A stretch of DNA of 24,713 bases. Source: a virus. Taxonomy: Duplodnaviria > Caudoviricetes. Positions 24,311 to 24,713 of the stretch are shown here, piece after piece. The stretch's first letter is position 1. Each line of letters opens with the position of its first letter. Under the pieces are notes generated by a model. It saw nothing but the letters and a program-made list of their open reading frames with translations, did not search any database and was not told the DNA's origin. Location: positions 1-24,713 of the IMG/VR virus record IMGVR_UViG_3300025078_000022; one strand, 5' to 3'. The translations under genes were made by a program, and so were the position numbers.

Positions 24311-24713
24311 ATGGCAAAAATGACAAAGAGTGAACTATCACAACATGTAGAGCATGAGATACAAAGTGCACTAGGATATGGTGATGGTAAGTTAACCCAA
24401 CAAAGGACCGATGCCTTAGATAGGTACTATGGTAAGAAGTATGGTAACGAGCAAGAAGGTCGCTCCCAGATTGTCACAAGAGATGTAGCTGATGTAATAG
24501 AATGGATTATGCCTAGCCTAATGAAGATATTTACAGGCGGGGATAAGGTAGTTCAGTTTGAACCACAAGGTCCTGAAGATGTGGATATGGCTAAACAAGC
24601 TACAAGCTATACTAATTATGTAATAATGAGACAGAACCCTGGGTTTAATATTATATACTCTTGGTTCAAGGACGCACTACTACAAAAGAATGGTGTAGTC
24701 AAACACTACTGGG
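24311..24713 (+). CDS. Portal protein (5' part, runs off window)
   Basis: MAKMTKSEL...ALDRYYG...EGRSQIVTRDVADVIEWIMPSLMKIF...FEPQGPED...AKQAT...WFKDALLQKNGVVK, a typical podovirus portal N-terminus following terL. Confidence 0.9.
   Translation, partial: MAKMTKSELSQHVEHEIQSALGYGDGKLTQQRTDALDRYYGKKYGNEQEGRSQIVTRDVADVIEWIMPSLMKIFTGGDKVVQFEPQGPEDVDMAKQATSYTNYVIMRQNPGFNIIYSWFKDALLQKNGVVKHYW

Overview
A 24.7-kb, AT-rich segment of a podovirus-type dsDNA phage with two oppositely transcribed arms. Its gene content resembles marine T7-related podoviruses that lack their own RNA polymerase; the host cannot be determined from this window. 1-8729 (+): end of the virion module (tail protein fragment, GNAT-like protein, Gly-rich ejection proteins, a 1110-aa internal virion protein, and a terminal HEXXH metallopeptidase). 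20854 to 8703 (-): early and replication arm (small early ORFs, an HhH-GPD glycosylase-like protein, gp2.5-like SSB, T7 gp4-like primase-helicase, family A DNA polymerase, a broken DUF3310 gene, Cas4/RecB-like exonuclease, class II RNR, a PAPS-reductase-family protein, RusA, a PD-(D/E)XK protein). 21706 to end (+): TerS, TerL, Hsp20, start of the portal. The most unusual signals are non-coding: (1) a phased TAATAYAA octamer array in two 152-bp blocks, the second with ten conserved 8-mers at an exact 16-bp period separated by unique 8-nt spacers, echoed by a 20-bp palindrome before terS; (2) four copies of a palindromic operator around a near-consensus sigma70 early promoter; (3) an H-type pseudoknot in the SSB leader, reminiscent of T4 gene 32; (4) a ROSE-like thermometer before hsp20. 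All calls come from motif reading by eye; no searches were run.
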